Shown here: piece by piece, positions 17,352 to 31,797 of the stretch
Position numbering within the stretch: position 1 is the first letter of the stretch
Layout: the number at the start of each line of letters is the position of its first letter
Position numbers and translations under genes: made by a program
Notes under the pieces: model-generated
Databases searched by the model: none
Seen by the model: only the letters and a program-made list of their open reading frames with translations
Told to the model about the DNA's origin: nothing
Assembly: GCF_009914755.1 (NCBI RefSeq)
Contig: NC_060929.1
DNA length: 64,000 bases
From: the human T2T-CHM13v2.0 reference genome, Homo sapiens
Direction: 5' to 3' (one strand)

Positions 17352-18130
17352 TGTGGTATAATAAAAAATATGTGTAGTCTTTGACCCTGGTTCCTGGCTC
17401 ATTGTTTCTAAAACTCTTGGAATTTTTTGAGCCATAAGAGTGTACTTTGTTATTCCTACCAAACCCCTTTCAACTATGGGGCTTTTATACTGATTAGGTG
17501 ACTCTTGGTTGGAGGTTCTAAATAGCTTCAGGATGGAGGCTGGTTGCCAGAAAGACCAACCCAGGATTAGAGGGCTGGAACTTTCAGCCCCAGCCCCACT
17601 CTGACCTCAGGGGAGGGAAGGAGGACTGGAGATTGAGCTAAATTATCAATGGCCAATGCTTTAATCAATTATGCCTACATAATAAAACCTCCATAAAAGC
17701 CCTGAAACAACAGGATTCAGAGAGCTTCCTGAACTCCACTTAAGCATGAGGGTTGGCGGACACACTGAAGTGCTAGAAGGCTCTGCACACCACTCCCTAC
17801 CCCCACTCCAATATCTTGCCGCATCTAAACTCTTCCGTTTGGCTGTCACTGAGTTGCATTTTCATAACAAACCAATAAACATAAAGTGTTTTCCTGAGAG
17901 CCATTCTAGCAAATTATTAATGTCAAACCTGAGAAGGAGATTGTGAGAATCCCCAACTTATACCTGGTCAGTCAGAAATACAGGTGGCCCAGGACTTGCA
18001 ACTGCCATATGAAATGGAAGCAGTCTTATGGACTTAGCCCTTTAACTTGAGGGATCTGAGACTAATTCCACATAGACATTGGCAGATTTGAATTGAATTG
18101 TTGCACACCCACTTGGTGTCAGAGGAGTGG
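17352..18130 (+). mobile_element. MER21-type solo LTR
   Basis: tgtggtataat...gtctttgaccctggttcctggc start; ggctggttgccagaaagaccaac, caatggccaatgctttaatcaat and ttggtgtcaga motifs recognised as MER21B/C. Confidence 0.75.
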
Positions 18131-18744
18131 AGAACCACGCCGCCCCTCCAAAGCTGCAAAGAGCCAGAGGCCCAACAGAAACAGTGTCACAGAGTCACCC
18201 AGACCAGAGTCAGGTGCTCCTTCAGACAGATGTCCAGGGCCTGCAGGAAATCAGACTCCTCTCTTAAATACTTGAAACCAGAGTAGTTGGTCTACTATAA
18301 ATGAGGTTTTTAAAATTCAATTCCCTCTTATTGCTCGTGCAGATCTGAAATGATCTGACCAGATGGCTGGTGCTCTATAATTCTTGGATTGCTCTCATCA
18401 GTTGTTGATGATTTGGAATTTTTTTCTTTTTCTTTTTTTTCCCCCTCACATGAACGTGTTCCTGCACAGGCTTCCTGCGTGCTCACATTGAGTGGGCTCT
18501 TTGTGCTAATGCCAATATTTCAGAGACTCTCACAGCCGCCTGGAGTCAGATCAGGTCAATAAGGAGCCCCAGGTCTGCTCCTGGCTGGCTACGCTTCCCT
18601 GAGCCCACATGGGGCCAACATGCAGCACTGGGTAATGAGCAGAACAAGGGGGCCTCTGCCAGGGCTGCCTCCTTACCTCCACTTCCCCTTCAGGTCCCCA
18701 AGGAAAGGGAGGTAGCAAAGGTGTATATACATAGATATATATTT

Positions 18745-18890
18745 TTAAAAAGACTATGTTGCCAAGGCTGGAGTGCAGTAGCTATTCACAGACACCAAGT
18801 TACCAATGATGCAAACTCCTAGGCTCAAGCAATCCTCCCACCTCAGCCTCCTGAGTAGCTGGGACTACATTCGCACGCCACTGTGCCCAG
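18745..18890 (-). mobile_element. FAM (fossil Alu monomer)
   Basis: Single monomer retaining the 7SL-like gtagctattcacag segment. Confidence 0.7.
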
Positions 18891-18909
18891 AACAAAGGTA
18901 TATATTTTT

Positions 18910-19110
18910 AAATGACAACTATAGCCACTTATTGAATATGGCCTATGTGCCAGGCCCTGTGTTGAACATTTTACATATGTTAACCTTGTTTCATTCTTAC
19001 ATCATCTCTGCGAAGTAGGTATTATATTTTCATCCCTATCATCAGATGAGGAAACTAAGGTTCTGAGATTCTAAGCAACCTGAGCAAGGCCACACAGCTC
19101 AAAGAGAGAG
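18910..19110 (-). mobile_element. MIR
   Basis: cagatgaggaaactaagg...caaggccacacagct core. Confidence 0.7.
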
Positions 19111-19351
19111 CTGCAGATGGAGTTGGAGATTCAGCATCATAAAATTTGATGAACTGCCCCACACAGATCTCAGGGTTAAAGAGAAAAGGCCCTGGCCTTG
19201 CCATACCATCTTTATGCCCTCACTGAGCACAAAATACTTCCACCAAGACATCCAAAACACTTTGGTGGCTGTTTTTGTCTTTGTTCTCTGTATCCTTTGT
19301 AAGATTATGAGCTGGATAGAGGGCAGGGGTCACGTCCTTTTTGCTACACAA

Positions 19352-19552
19352 GAAGATAGTATGGCACAGTGGTTAGGAGCTGGGGCTTAGAGCCAGACAA
19401 ATCTAGGTTTGAGTCCCAACTCTACCACTTTTTGGTTGTTTGGCTGAGTCCTTCCTTCTGAGACTCAGTTGTATCTGTAAAAATGAGGATAGTTATAGCA
19501 CCTGCCCTCAAAGGATGCCTGGCAGAGTCAGTGCTCAGTAAATGTGAGCTGT
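19352..19552 (+). mobile_element. MIR
   Basis: gtatggcacagtggttaggagc...ctcagttgtatctgtaaaaatgaggata. Confidence 0.7.
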
Positions 19553-21503
19553 TACCTATATCTCTGGCTATAGATGATGCCCAGGGTGCAGGAGCCCATT
19601 GAAGTGGCTGTGACCAGCATTCTGTAATACCAACTGCACAGGTCCAAAGTCCTAGTGTTCAGCCTCAGGTCCTCAGCCTCAGGACAAATTCCTGAGTTCC
19701 CTGCCCAGAACCCCCAGGACCTGCCAGCAAACAGCTTTCCTCTGCTTGCTTGTGAACAGCTAATGCTGTATCCACCCTCAAATGCTTGCTGTGCCTCCGT
19801 AAGGTGAGGCAGATCCCAAAATAAACCAGAAGAAAGAGACAGGAAAATCACTTCTAGGAACAAGCAGCTCCCAGTGAGGATGCTGACAGTAATAACAGGG
19901 GCAGATAGACTTCAGGAGATTCACCTGCAGCTGTTCCAGGACTGAGTGACTGGGGCCCAATTCCTACCTGGACTGCAGGGAAGGCCCACGAAGTCATGAG
20001 TTTGTCCCCTGGTGTTCCAGGCAGCAGGCAGTCTGGAAATCTGCCTTCAAATGAGCACAGCCAAAACAGCCCACGAAACCTAGTTCCCCTCTTGGGAGCC
20101 TAAGGACAACACAGCTGTGGTCCTCCCTTAAGAGCCCTGAGGGGACAGAAGGTACTGAACTGGGGACAATAACTGTCCATATAAACTTGCAATTTTCTTA
20201 AAGTCCACCGTCTTCCTGTGCCATGCCACTGACTCTCAGACAGGAAACACTCTGCTAACCCCTTTTGCTCGTGCTTACCCTTGCTCCTTGATCAAAGTCT
20301 CTGTTGAGGGAGAGAGGACATTTCATGAACATGCAAGTCTCTTCTTCACATCGTAAGTTCCCTTTCCCATGTAAAGCCATAGGGACAGAAGCCTACATGC
20401 TCATGTACCCTCACCGGCATCCAGTGATTCCACAATGGGATTGAAGGGATGGCCAAGTGGAGAATTTACCACTGAAAATCAGAACAGCTGTGTACTGAGT
20501 GATTTCTCCATGTTAGGAAGTAGGCAGAGGGCTTTGCATCTACCATCTCACTCCATACAACAGCCTCCGCAGCAGGCAGGGCAGGACACTTCCCCCATGC
20601 CACCCCATGCAAAACCAAAGAACAGAAATATTCTGTGACTTGCCCAAGATCCCCTAAGTATCAAGGCTAGGGTTTGAACCCCAAACTGGCTGAATCTAGT
20701 CTGTCCTCTTTACCACTAAATTATACCACCTCCCCATTTACCTACCCATCCAGTTCCCAGGACTGGCTACATTCCTTTTAATCTTTAGGTAGATGTGTTG
20801 GGAAGCTCCCAGGCAGAATTCAGAATGTGGTAAATTAAGTACCATAATCTGGTTGAAGGCAAGTGCCAGCTATCCACACACACCCTTGAGAGGTCAGTTT
20901 CCTAACAGTATACATAGAAAACATGTCAATTCTTTACTGGGGCCTCCACTGGTCTGACACCATGACACCAGATTCTGAATCACCCCACATCAGATACTGA
21001 GGCCAGAACAAGCCTCCCACCTAACCTCCCCTCACCAGTCCTGCTTTTGAGATGTAGTGTAGGCAAAAAATGCTCCTGGGATGGGGCAGGCATGACCGGA
21101 ACCAGAGTTGCTTTGCCCTCTGAGCTACAGGGCCTCTGCGTCTGGGTGCAACTGCAACACACCAGCCTTTGGGACAACTCCAAGGGAATTTTGTGCAGAA
21201 GAGTTTACCAGGGACTCTTGAGAAACTCCAAGGCAGAGGGTGATGCCAATGAAACATCAAGTTAACTGTAAAAATCAGTGCTCTACTCCAATTCTCCAGG
21301 AGTCTCTCAGAGTCCACAGTCCACTCTTGTCACACAGGCTCTGGCTGTCCCTCCCCAAGGATACAGAGAGGGGCTCTTTTTAGCCATTAATAGCAGCCCC
21401 ACTGCCCAGAGGGTTGGGCAAGGGGCCAGGGTCAGAACCATCAACATCGTTCAGTCTGCAACATGAACCAGGATGCTACTGGATGAAGGGAGCTACTGAC
21501 TCA

Positions 21504-21917
<414 letters not shown>

Positions 21918-22439
21918 TCAGCGGATATAGTCCGTATCTTCCACGCCCTACCCCTGACAGCCTCTGGTTTTAGTCCTTAAGGACCAGTGGGACTAAGTTC
22001 TCAAGTGAAGCCAGGTTGGCAAGGGGTGGGTGGTGGCAGGCAGAGGTTGGATCTGCTGAACCCAGTACCTCTATTCCTAAAAGTTCCCTCTGCTCAATGC
22101 CATTAGCTCCCACCTGGCTTCCTCGGTGCTTCATCACTCTTCTGTGGCAGCAACTACCCATGTGCAAACACAGCAGGAGCAATATTGCTACCAGAAAGCT
22201 GGCTGGCACAGCAAATGCTGCCCTGCCAGCACAGCAGCAGTGGGGGCAGTGAGGACATGGTGATGAATATCAGCAAGAAGCTGGTGAAACTACACTGTGG
22301 CAGCTGCTGGGGCTTGCCATCCACCTTGCCACTCCTGAGAACAGTCCCAAGTGTCAGAGTAGTAGGCTCCAGCCAAGGACAGCTAGGACTGGGAAGAAGT
22401 GGGAAGAGAGTAGGCCCAGGCTCTGGGGTCAATGGCATA

Positions 22440-22620
22440 GGGCAAGTTAGCTGGATGACATAGGACAAGTTGCTTAACCTCACTGAGCCTCAGTGCTTTC
22501 ATCTGAACATAAGGATAATAATAGTTCCTATTATTGTGAAAATTCAACAAGATTATGCATACGAAGCACCTAGTACAGTACCTGAATATGGTGAAGACTC
22601 TGCAATTGTTGACTATTCTC
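22440..22620 (+). mobile_element. MIR
   Basis: gacaagttgcttaacctcactgagcctcagt...ggataataatag. Confidence 0.65.
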
Positions 22621-23150
22621 ATTATTTTAAGCCTTGGGCCCAGGCTCATGAAAGGGTTAGAAAATTGTTCCTTCTGAGGATGCACTATTTAAAAACCAGG
22701 CCAGGACCAGCCTGTTTCTTGGCACAGGTTCCTTTAACAACAGAATACTCCTGCCCCACACCAGTGCTCAGGACTCTCCCAAGAACAATATTTCAGCAGC
22801 ACTGAGCCGAGCAGCAGAGCCCAAAATAGCATTTGCAGAGCAAGGCACATGTCACTGCCTCTCTGGTGCTTCAGAAGTGCAGGGAAAGAAAGTTTTCAAT
22901 CACTTGCTCAGAAACCACGGCCACCCACCACCTGCCTTCCTTCCAGGGCACTAAGATGCTGCAATCTCTGTTCTGCTGGAAAACGAAGGTCCCTGAGCCC
23001 TGCAGCAGCAGCTACCACTCTGACGGACCATGCTGTTTCCCTCCCGCAGGCCAGAGAAGAGCAGCCTGAAGGAGCAGCCCTCTGGGGACAAAGGACATAT
23101 GCAGTTTGAATTCAAAGTGTGTTTTGTGGGGACAGGGCTGGGCCTGATAC

Positions 23151-23289
23151 CTGGCTGAAGGGCCTGCCACTCATGCGTCGGGTGGAACACCTCCAGGACT
23201 TCGGCATCCAGCTCCTCCTCGGCTTTGGTTTCTTTTCTCTCCGTTTCTTTGGTGCTGCTCTTCTCTGGGTTGGTCAGGGCAAACTCCTT
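23151..23289 (-). CDS. SIL1: SIL1 second coding exon, codons 36-82 (139 nt)
   Basis: Acceptor ttttcttttctcag|AAG; [46 protein letters not shown](G); donor CAG|gtatca; contained in ORF 22951..23325(-); in frame with the previous exon. Confidence 0.97.
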
Positions 23290-24413
23290 CTGAGAAAAGA
23301 AAACACAGGGCATGACCCACTGCAACTAGGCGCCAGGTAAGCAGAAAAAAAATGGCCTAGGGTGGCACGTTCTTTTCCTCCATGCCCCTCTCCCCCACAG
23401 CCTGATATGTCTGGACACTCACAATTCCTTTCCCAAGGTCAGCCTCAGAACCAGCACATGTGAGGTGATATGGCTAAATGAATGCAGCATGTTGTCCTGT
23501 GCGTATGTGGTACTTTTGAAAATGCACAGGGAATGACTCTAGAAGATCCCATGTATCTTGAGCAGGTTAAGGGAACACATTAGGGACAGGGGCTGGCAAA
23601 ACGAAACAATAAGAGCCTTTTACTTTTTGACATGCTATTATACTGTTTGATGTTTAAAACTCGCACATATTATTTTTACAATAAAAATAAACATATTTAG
23701 AAAAGAAAAAAACACATACATGAATGGGAGAGTAAGGCCTCAAATGGCCACTACAGATGTACAAAAGCTGGCAGCTAAGGCCCAACTGATTCCCAAGCAG
23801 CCCAGCAGGGCACAATTCCCCAGTGTGCCTATGAGCCATTGCAAACCATGGAGGAAGCGTGCAAGTGGGAAGGAGAGAATCCAGCTGGGCTGAGGGAGGA
23901 AGATGCTCAGGTTGGAAACCACTTCCTAAAACCTGTTGCCTTCCACCCTGTGTAGAACATAGAGGATTAATGAGATGGTGTCTCTGGAGCATTCTCAGCT
24001 CAGGAGACAGCGATGCAAGATAAATACAAAGTATTATTCATTTTGCTCTTTCCTGGACTCTCATCCTTCCTATCCCATTTTTAAACCCGTTCTTGCAAAA
24101 AAAGTAATAAGGCCTCAGGAAATTCGAACCAGAGGGTTCCGGAGCTCTGGGAAATTACATTTGGGAAAACAAGGAGGAACCCACATTAGCACATGGGGAG
24201 GTATTTCAGCCTGCCCACCTCCCCTGTCATCGCTTTTTCTCTGCTTCCCAATCCCTCCCCTAGTAATAAAAAGTATATTTCTTGGAATCTTCCTATGAGC
24301 CCAGACCCGTGCTGGGTACTTTACATAGATCTCATTTTGGTCTCCCAACAATTCTAACCACAACTGGGAGATGTTATATGCATACATCTGTAAAGTTATT
24401 TAACTTTCAACTA

Positions 24414-24805
<392 letters not shown>

Positions 24806-26024
24806 TTAAGGTGCTGGTGATGCCAATGTAGAGCCCCTCCAAGAATTTTTACATTTTAACAAGAAATAAAGGCATGAAATTTAGATGGCAGAATTTCAGG
24901 CCTTACTAAGGACCAATAAGGAAAATATCTTGGCAAGAAGAAGCTCTCAAATCTAACCACACCTGGGAGATGTAATATGCATAGTTATGAGAGGCACTGA
25001 CTCCAGCATAATGCTTAAGATGCTGGAATAACTCAAATCCCAGTTTCTTGTGTCTCGGGAAAGTTATTTAACCTCCTAAGCTTCAGTTTCCACATTTTCA
25101 ACATGAAAATAATAACAACATCTAGCTCATAGTTAGATGAGGTACTACATTGTAAACCACTGGCTTTGGGTACATGGTGGCTGCTACTATTACTTATGAA
25201 GGCAGTCATAGATTCCAGGCTGTGTTGTGACATCCAGGAGTGACTATACAATATGGCATCATTCAAGCAGGTCACCTGCGCAGCCTGGTGCCTCAAACCC
25301 CTCCTATCCCTTCAACTTAAAGTTTGCACAAATCTGAGCTCAAAAGAAAACTAGGAATAGAAGAATAGGTGTGCTTATGAGACTACAGAGAAGACTGACT
25401 GGCAGGAGGCATCCTCCATTCTGAGGACATGGACATCAAGAACTTCCAACAGCTGAGTTTCCAGAGGGCAGGCACCATGTCAGTCTCCTTCATCACCCCC
25501 ATGCCTAGCACAGGGCTTAGTTTGAAGCTGCTGAGAAAACAGATGAATGAATGCCCCTTCCCATAGGCAGGTGTGTCTTCTGGGTGCCTTAGACTGAGGA
25601 AAGCCCAAAGCACCTGAGTCTGCTCCAGGTACTTGCCTCACATTCCAGAACAAAGACCACCCTGTCTGCTAAGTACCCAGAGCCTACATACACTAGGATC
25701 AGCCCTGGTCAGAAGCATTAGACTGCAGGACCAGGAGAAAGTTAATAAAATTTACCTTGGAGGTGTGTCAATGAAATGCCCCAGGGGCCAGGCAGGGATG
25801 CAGGGAAATCAGTGGACCAGGTGTAAACAATAGGGAGTGGTGGGACTGCAGAAACTGGAGCCCTCTTGCCTTGACTAAGGGAAGCAGCTGCTACTCCGCT
25901 GGTCTACCACTGTCACGCAGGCATTCAACTTGAAAACAGAAATCCAGATTTTTATGTGAAATGTTCTTATTTTTAGAACACTAAGAAGGCCAAACTAAAA
26001 TATCTAAGCATCAATTTGCAACCT

Positions 26025-26165
26025 TCTTTTTTTCTTTTAATTTTTAGTAGAGACAAGGTCTCCCTGTGTTTCCCAGGCTGGTCTTGAACTCCTGGACTTA
26101 AGCAATCCTCCCTCCTCTGCCTCCCAAAGTGCTGGGATTACAGGCATGAGCCACCACACCCAGCC
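26025..26165 (-). mobile_element. Alu left monomer (FLAM_C-like)
   Basis: Single left arm in antisense. Confidence 0.8.
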
Positions 26166-29100
26166 TCAATCCTTGTTTCAGTTTACCTATTAGCCGGGTA
26201 ATTTCTGGCAGGCTGTAAGCAAGCAGCAAAATTCTCATCAAGAGAAGCAGAAAGGGGTAAGGGAGATGGTGATAAGAAGGTAGCACAGGAAATCCTCCAA
26301 AATCCAGGTAGGCTGATGTTCATTTTAACTACTAAGGGTTCGGAAAGCCTCTTTTTCTAGATTTCATTAACAAGATTAATAGAGTGGATTCAAGAAGGAG
26401 GGTTAGAACGAGACTGATGAACCACCGAGCTACATGCTTCAAGTCCTAAGGAGGCCAGACTCTTTTGCAACAATCCTGTCACTGTTCAAAATGTTTTTTG
26501 CACCTCCTTTTGGTATCATCTTTGAATCAGATTTTAAGACACAAACACAAAACCTGTACATTTAAAAGTATATTTTAAAGTACACCTCAGTTTTTAGTGG
26601 AGATTGACACAAAATTGGTTCTCCCCTATCTATGCTTACCCTGTTTACGAGCCCTGGCTATAAAAGTCTTTAGATGCTTTGCCCAAAACACACCTAGCTA
26701 TCCTCAAAGGCCAAGGGCTCAGAAGCCTTGAGAGAGGTTCAATGATATGAACAAACCACAGGCTGGACAGTGAGTTCAAAAGCAGAGTTCCAGAAAAGGT
26801 TTTGAGAAAAAGCAGCATCAAGAGGATGAGGTTGTAATGATAACAGCAGCTACCATTTATTAAGCCCTGATCATATGTCAGGCACTGGGGCAAGGTGCCT
26901 TCCATTCCTCAATTCATCCAAGTGTCATCTGTGAAGCACATCATATTAGTCCCATAGGAGGACAGATATGGGGCTTTTCAAAATCACACTGCTCAGAAAA
27001 GCAGAGCAGAGATTGAAGTCCAGACCTGCCTGGCTCCAAAGCCCATACACAAGTTTTGACTCACTGCTATGATTCTTTCTTGGTCAGATGTCCTAATAAG
27101 TTGTGCCCTGAGAGCTGAGGGAATGACGCGGGATACTGAGATCACCTTAGCATATCTACCAGCACATGCCCTTCCTCGGCAAAGACTTCCATGGGCCAGG
27201 TAAGAAACCATAGTCCCAGTAAAAGAACAAGCACAACTAGCCTCACTCTGCCTAGGCAGTGTCCTGAACAGGAGAGAGAGAGAGGCAGGCCAGCCCTTGG
27301 TCAGCTGTGAAGTAAACCCCGTGCTCTGGTGCCTTCCCAGCTGGCTTCTCAGGGCTGCCTTCCACGCTGGATCATCAGTGCTCTCTTCTCCCTATCACCA
27401 TCATTCCAAATACCAATTTCCTCTCAAGTGACTGGCAAGAAATCCTAGCTAAGGTGTTAGCTGACAACAGCTTACCATGTCACACTTCCTTGCGCTTGTA
27501 TCCGAATAAGAGATTCTTAAAAACCAAAGCCTTCAAGATCCAAGAGAATAAATGAATCTCTAATGGTGGGTTGACAGACACTGTAACAGAGACAGACTGC
27601 CAGGGCAACGTTTTGGGACAGAAGCCTGCTTGACACAGCCCAAATTAAACCATAGAAGCAGCATCCCCATACTAAAAAACAACAGCTGACATTCATTAAC
27701 CATTTATTGGCCATATTGTGCCAGTTTCAATGCCAGGTGCTTTATATATAATCATATTTAATCTACACTAAAACCTTAAGAGGGAGGTACCAACCCTGTT
27801 TTACAGATTAGGAAACAAAGCTCAGAAAGGGTCAAATTGCCAAAGTGGGAGGCAAAAGGGATCTTACGAAGGGCCTGTGCGCCTTCCACAAGGCTCCACT
27901 ACTGTACCCGCCTCATTGTTTACCACCTTTTTCAAGGCCAGTAACACACAACCACAGCCCTTCAGCATCTACATGCCTCCTGAGATGTGGCATCCCGGGG
28001 AAGTACCACAGCAGGAGCCAGGAAGGAAAGCTGGCTCCAGATCATACTGTGATACACACAGCCGGCCTTTCCTGGGTGGGCATTAACCTGCCCCAATGCC
28101 TTTGGGGAGGACAATTCTAGGTCATCAGGAGCACTTACCTGGACTCCAGGCTCTGAAGAAAGGATCATAACCACCTCCACCCCATTTTCACTGTTGTGAA
28201 GGTGGCTGGCTGCATAATTTAGATTTTAAATGACATCAGGGCAGCAATTTTTATGGTATGAGAGAAAAGATGCTTCAACTCCTACTTGTGCTTAGCACAT
28301 GATGAAAGATTATGACAAATGGATACAGCTTAGGAACAGACATAAGGATAAAAGCAGCTTCTGTTGATGAAAGTCAGTATTAACATTTTTCTGAGACTAG
28401 ACTCAATAGAGCTAATATAAATGGGCCAGAATAATTATGCTCTGAAAGCTCATCTATTTGGTTGGACTATTATCCAAAAGGGACTTCCTAACTCGGTCCT
28501 TAAGTAAATTCATCAGCATGCCTTTGTTAATTGTGCATCTGCTAAAGCTCACGATGGGGAGCATGGCATCCTCATGAGGTACAAGTTGGGGAGGGGACAC
28601 AGCCCTGGGCCCTGAAGGTTCTTTTCTGGGCCATTCCACCGCCAACCCATGCCAGAGACAGCCCCAACCTCACGCTGTAGCCAGTCCCATTCTCAGGGGC
28701 CCCTGGGATCCCATTCTTACTGTCCTTGAAGAAGAGGCAAATAAACAGCACCAACAGGATCTCAGAGGGCATTAAAAACTCAAAAGGACTCGTGACTCCT
28801 AACTGTATGTTTTCCCCTGCTCCACGAAGTGGGGGGAAAGGCAGAGAGGAAACAAATGATTTCAGAGAGAAGGTGGAAGCTTGCCATGAGCCAGAGGTGA
28901 ACCACAGCTAAGCTGGATTGTTATTAAATTCATCACAATTGTCATTTGCACTTCAAGGACCTCCCGCTCCAGAGCTTCCAGCGCTTTATCCAACATTTAG
29001 TGGGAGCCCTGGGGGTTGGGGAAGGTGGCCAGGGGAGGGTGAAACTGTCAAATAACTGACAGTGGGAGCTTATCAAGGGAGAGGAGAGGGAGGGCATTAG

Positions 29101-29399
29101 GAGCTGGTCAAGGGCAGGCTGTTGCTGGGACAAGCCAAGTAAACAGGGCCAGGAACCGTAGTGTGCTGCAGCCAGGCCAAGCTCAGGGCCTTTCTGGGCA
29201 TTCTCCTCCTGCCAGTGGCAATGGCAGAAGCCCTGAGCAGTAAGCTCTAGGTTAATGAAGTGTGGCCCAGAAAGAACAGGGAGCTACAGACAAAAGGAAG
29301 GAGGATACAGAGATGGAGATGAACTGAGAAAGTACAAGGGAGAGAGGAGTAGAGGAAGAAAAAGAGTCTTACTTGGAACTGATGCCCACCACACAGGCA

Positions 29400-29620
29400 C
29401 TCAGCTTTTGGGAAGAATCCTGACATTCACAGCTCTCACAAACTGGCTGTGTGATTTTGGCCAAGTTACTTAATGTCTCTGAGTCTTAGTCTTCTCCTCA
29501 AAAGGAGAATAAAAACTGTAGCTGCCTACTTCATAGTGTTGTTGGGAGGATTAAATGAGAATACATATAAAGCACTCACTACAAGGTTTGGTAAATGGAA
29601 GATTATAATTATGAATTTAT
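29400..29620 (+). mobile_element. MIR
   Basis: ggctgtgtgattttggccaagttacttaa...ggattaaatgaga. Confidence 0.7.
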
Positions 29621-29854
29621 CATCATCATCATATTTTCCCCAAAGGGAAACTGTGTCATAAGCTTTAAACAGAGGCCAGAAGACACAGGGATGGGGAGGA
29701 AGAAGTCTACCTACTCCATGATCCACTGCCAGCCACACTCACATAAGAAAGAAACATAGAAGCCCACACCCTACTCCCACAACAGCCCTGGTGACAGGGA
29801 GGCCTTCTCAAGACCTCATCAAGGGTCCCTCCCATTTACAATAAAGATATTTAC

Positions 29855-29959
29855 CAGGTTCTGATGACTGAGGCAGAAGGTGAAGCAGGCGGCCATCAGC
29901 AGCCCAAGCAGCATGCCCAGAGGAGCCATCCTAGATGAAGGCAGGCTCTGGGGAGCCAT
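29855..29959 (-). CDS. SIL1: SIL1 first coding exon (exon 29855-29969 incl. 10 nt 5'UTR); codons 1-35, ER signal peptide
   Basis: Minus strand: acceptor cttgcacctgcag|GTCCCTGACT ATG GCT (strong Kozak ACTATGG); [35 protein letters not shown]; donor CTG|gtaaat; 105 nt, phase 0. Too short for the ORF track. Confidence 0.97.
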
Positions 29960-30514
29960 AGTCAGGGACCTGCAGGTGCAAGCATAGACAACAGAAGGTC
30001 AATGAAAAGCTAATGCTTGGTTCCCCCGCACTGTGATTCCCATGTCGTCACTTGCTCACATGTCAGACATTTCCTGCATAGAGGTATAACGAGTCTTCTA
30101 CCACTTCTAGATAATTCTGAAGCCTCCATCTACCATGGTGGGTCCAGCCATCCAACAAGAGATATGCCCTGGGTAGAACCATACAGTCGATCAGGACTCC
30201 TGCATAAGCTATTACAGCCCTAGTCCCTTCCTTCTTCATTAGAACTTGTTATCAGGTTGTGGCGGGTGGTCTTGACTATAAGGAGAGAGGGAAACTAACC
30301 AACTGATCTGCATGTGAACAAACATGGGCACAAATCCACATAAGCCTTTATAACCACCCACTTCTAAAACACACCCATTATCCTACCTGAAGACAGATGG
30401 CATCAATATCCTCTAAGACAGCAAAGTTCGATATTCCCAAGTCACAAAACCTCTCACATCAGCTTTCAAACAGTCAAACAAATAAAAGTACAAGCCCCAG
30501 TAGCTATTAAAAGG

Positions 30515-30782
<268 letters not shown>

Positions 30783-30981
30783 TTAAAAGAATATAAGGAT
30801 GGAAGGACATCCCATGTTCATGAATTAGAGACTTCATACTGTTAACAACAGTACTACCCAAAGCAACATACAGATTCAGAGCAATCTCTGTTAAAATCCC
30901 AATGGAGAAACTCATCCCTAAAACTCATATGACATTTCGGGGGACCCAGAATAGCCAAAACAATCTTAAAAATGAAGAAAG

Positions 30982-31270
30982 GGTCGGGTCTGGTGGCTCA
31001 CACCTATAGTTCCAGCACTTTGCAAGGCCAATGGGTGGAGTGCCTGAGCTCAGGAGTTCAAGACCAGCCTGGTCAACATGGCACAACCCCATCTCTACCA
31101 AAAATACAAAAATTTGCTGGGTGTGGTGGCACATGCCTGTAGTCCCAGCTACCTAGGAGGCTGAGGTGGGAGGATCGCGTAAGCCTGGGAGGCAAAGGTT
31201 GCGGTGAGCTGAGATCGCACCACTGCACTACAACCTGGGCAACAGAGTGAGTACCCATCTAAGAAAGTAA
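30982..31270 (+). mobile_element. AluJb-like inside L1
   Basis: Full dimer; degenerate TSD aaaa(t/a)gaagaaag. Confidence 0.9.
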
Positions 31271-31517
31271 AAGAAGAAAGTTAGAGGACTCACTCTTCCT
31301 GATTTCAAAACTTACTACAAAGCTACAGTAATCAAAGGGTGATACTGGCATAAGGATGGACAGACAGACCAATGGAATAAAATTGAGAGTCCAGAAATAA
31401 TCTCATATATGGCCAATTTTTGACAATGGTACCAAGACCATTCAATGAGAAAGGACAGTCTCTTTAACAAATGGTACTGGGACAACTGGATATCCACAAG
31501 TGTAAGAGTGAAGTTGG

Positions 31518-31797
31518 GGCCAGGTGTGGTGGCTCACGCCTGTAATCCCAGCCAAGGCGGGCAGATCACAAGGTCAGGAGATCAAGATCATCCTGGCTAA
31601 CACAGTGAAACCCCATCTCTACTAAAAACACAAAAAATTAGCTGAGCATGGTGGCGGGTGCCTGTAGTCCCAGCTACTCAGGAGACTGAAGCCGGAGTAT
31701 GGCGTGCACCCAGGAGGCAGAGCTTGCAGTGAGCCGAGATCACGCCACTGCATTCCAGCCTGGGCAACAGAGCGAGACTCCGTCTCAAAAATAATAA
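31518..31797 (+). mobile_element. AluY-like inside L1, with a ~12-nt left-arm deletion
   Basis: ggagatcaagatcatcctggctaacac and gagcttgcagtg diagnostics; tgtaatcccagc^caaggcgg lacks actttgggaggc. Confidence 0.9.

Noticed and set aside
22951-23325. 124-aa ORF as a standalone gene or extended exon
   Set aside because: Only 23151-23289 is SIL1; the flanks are intronic read-through beyond canonical AG/GT sites, with no support for retention.
26340-26700. Possible ancient DNA-transposon fragment
   Set aside because: No TIRs or TSD identifiable by eye; needs a Dfam search.
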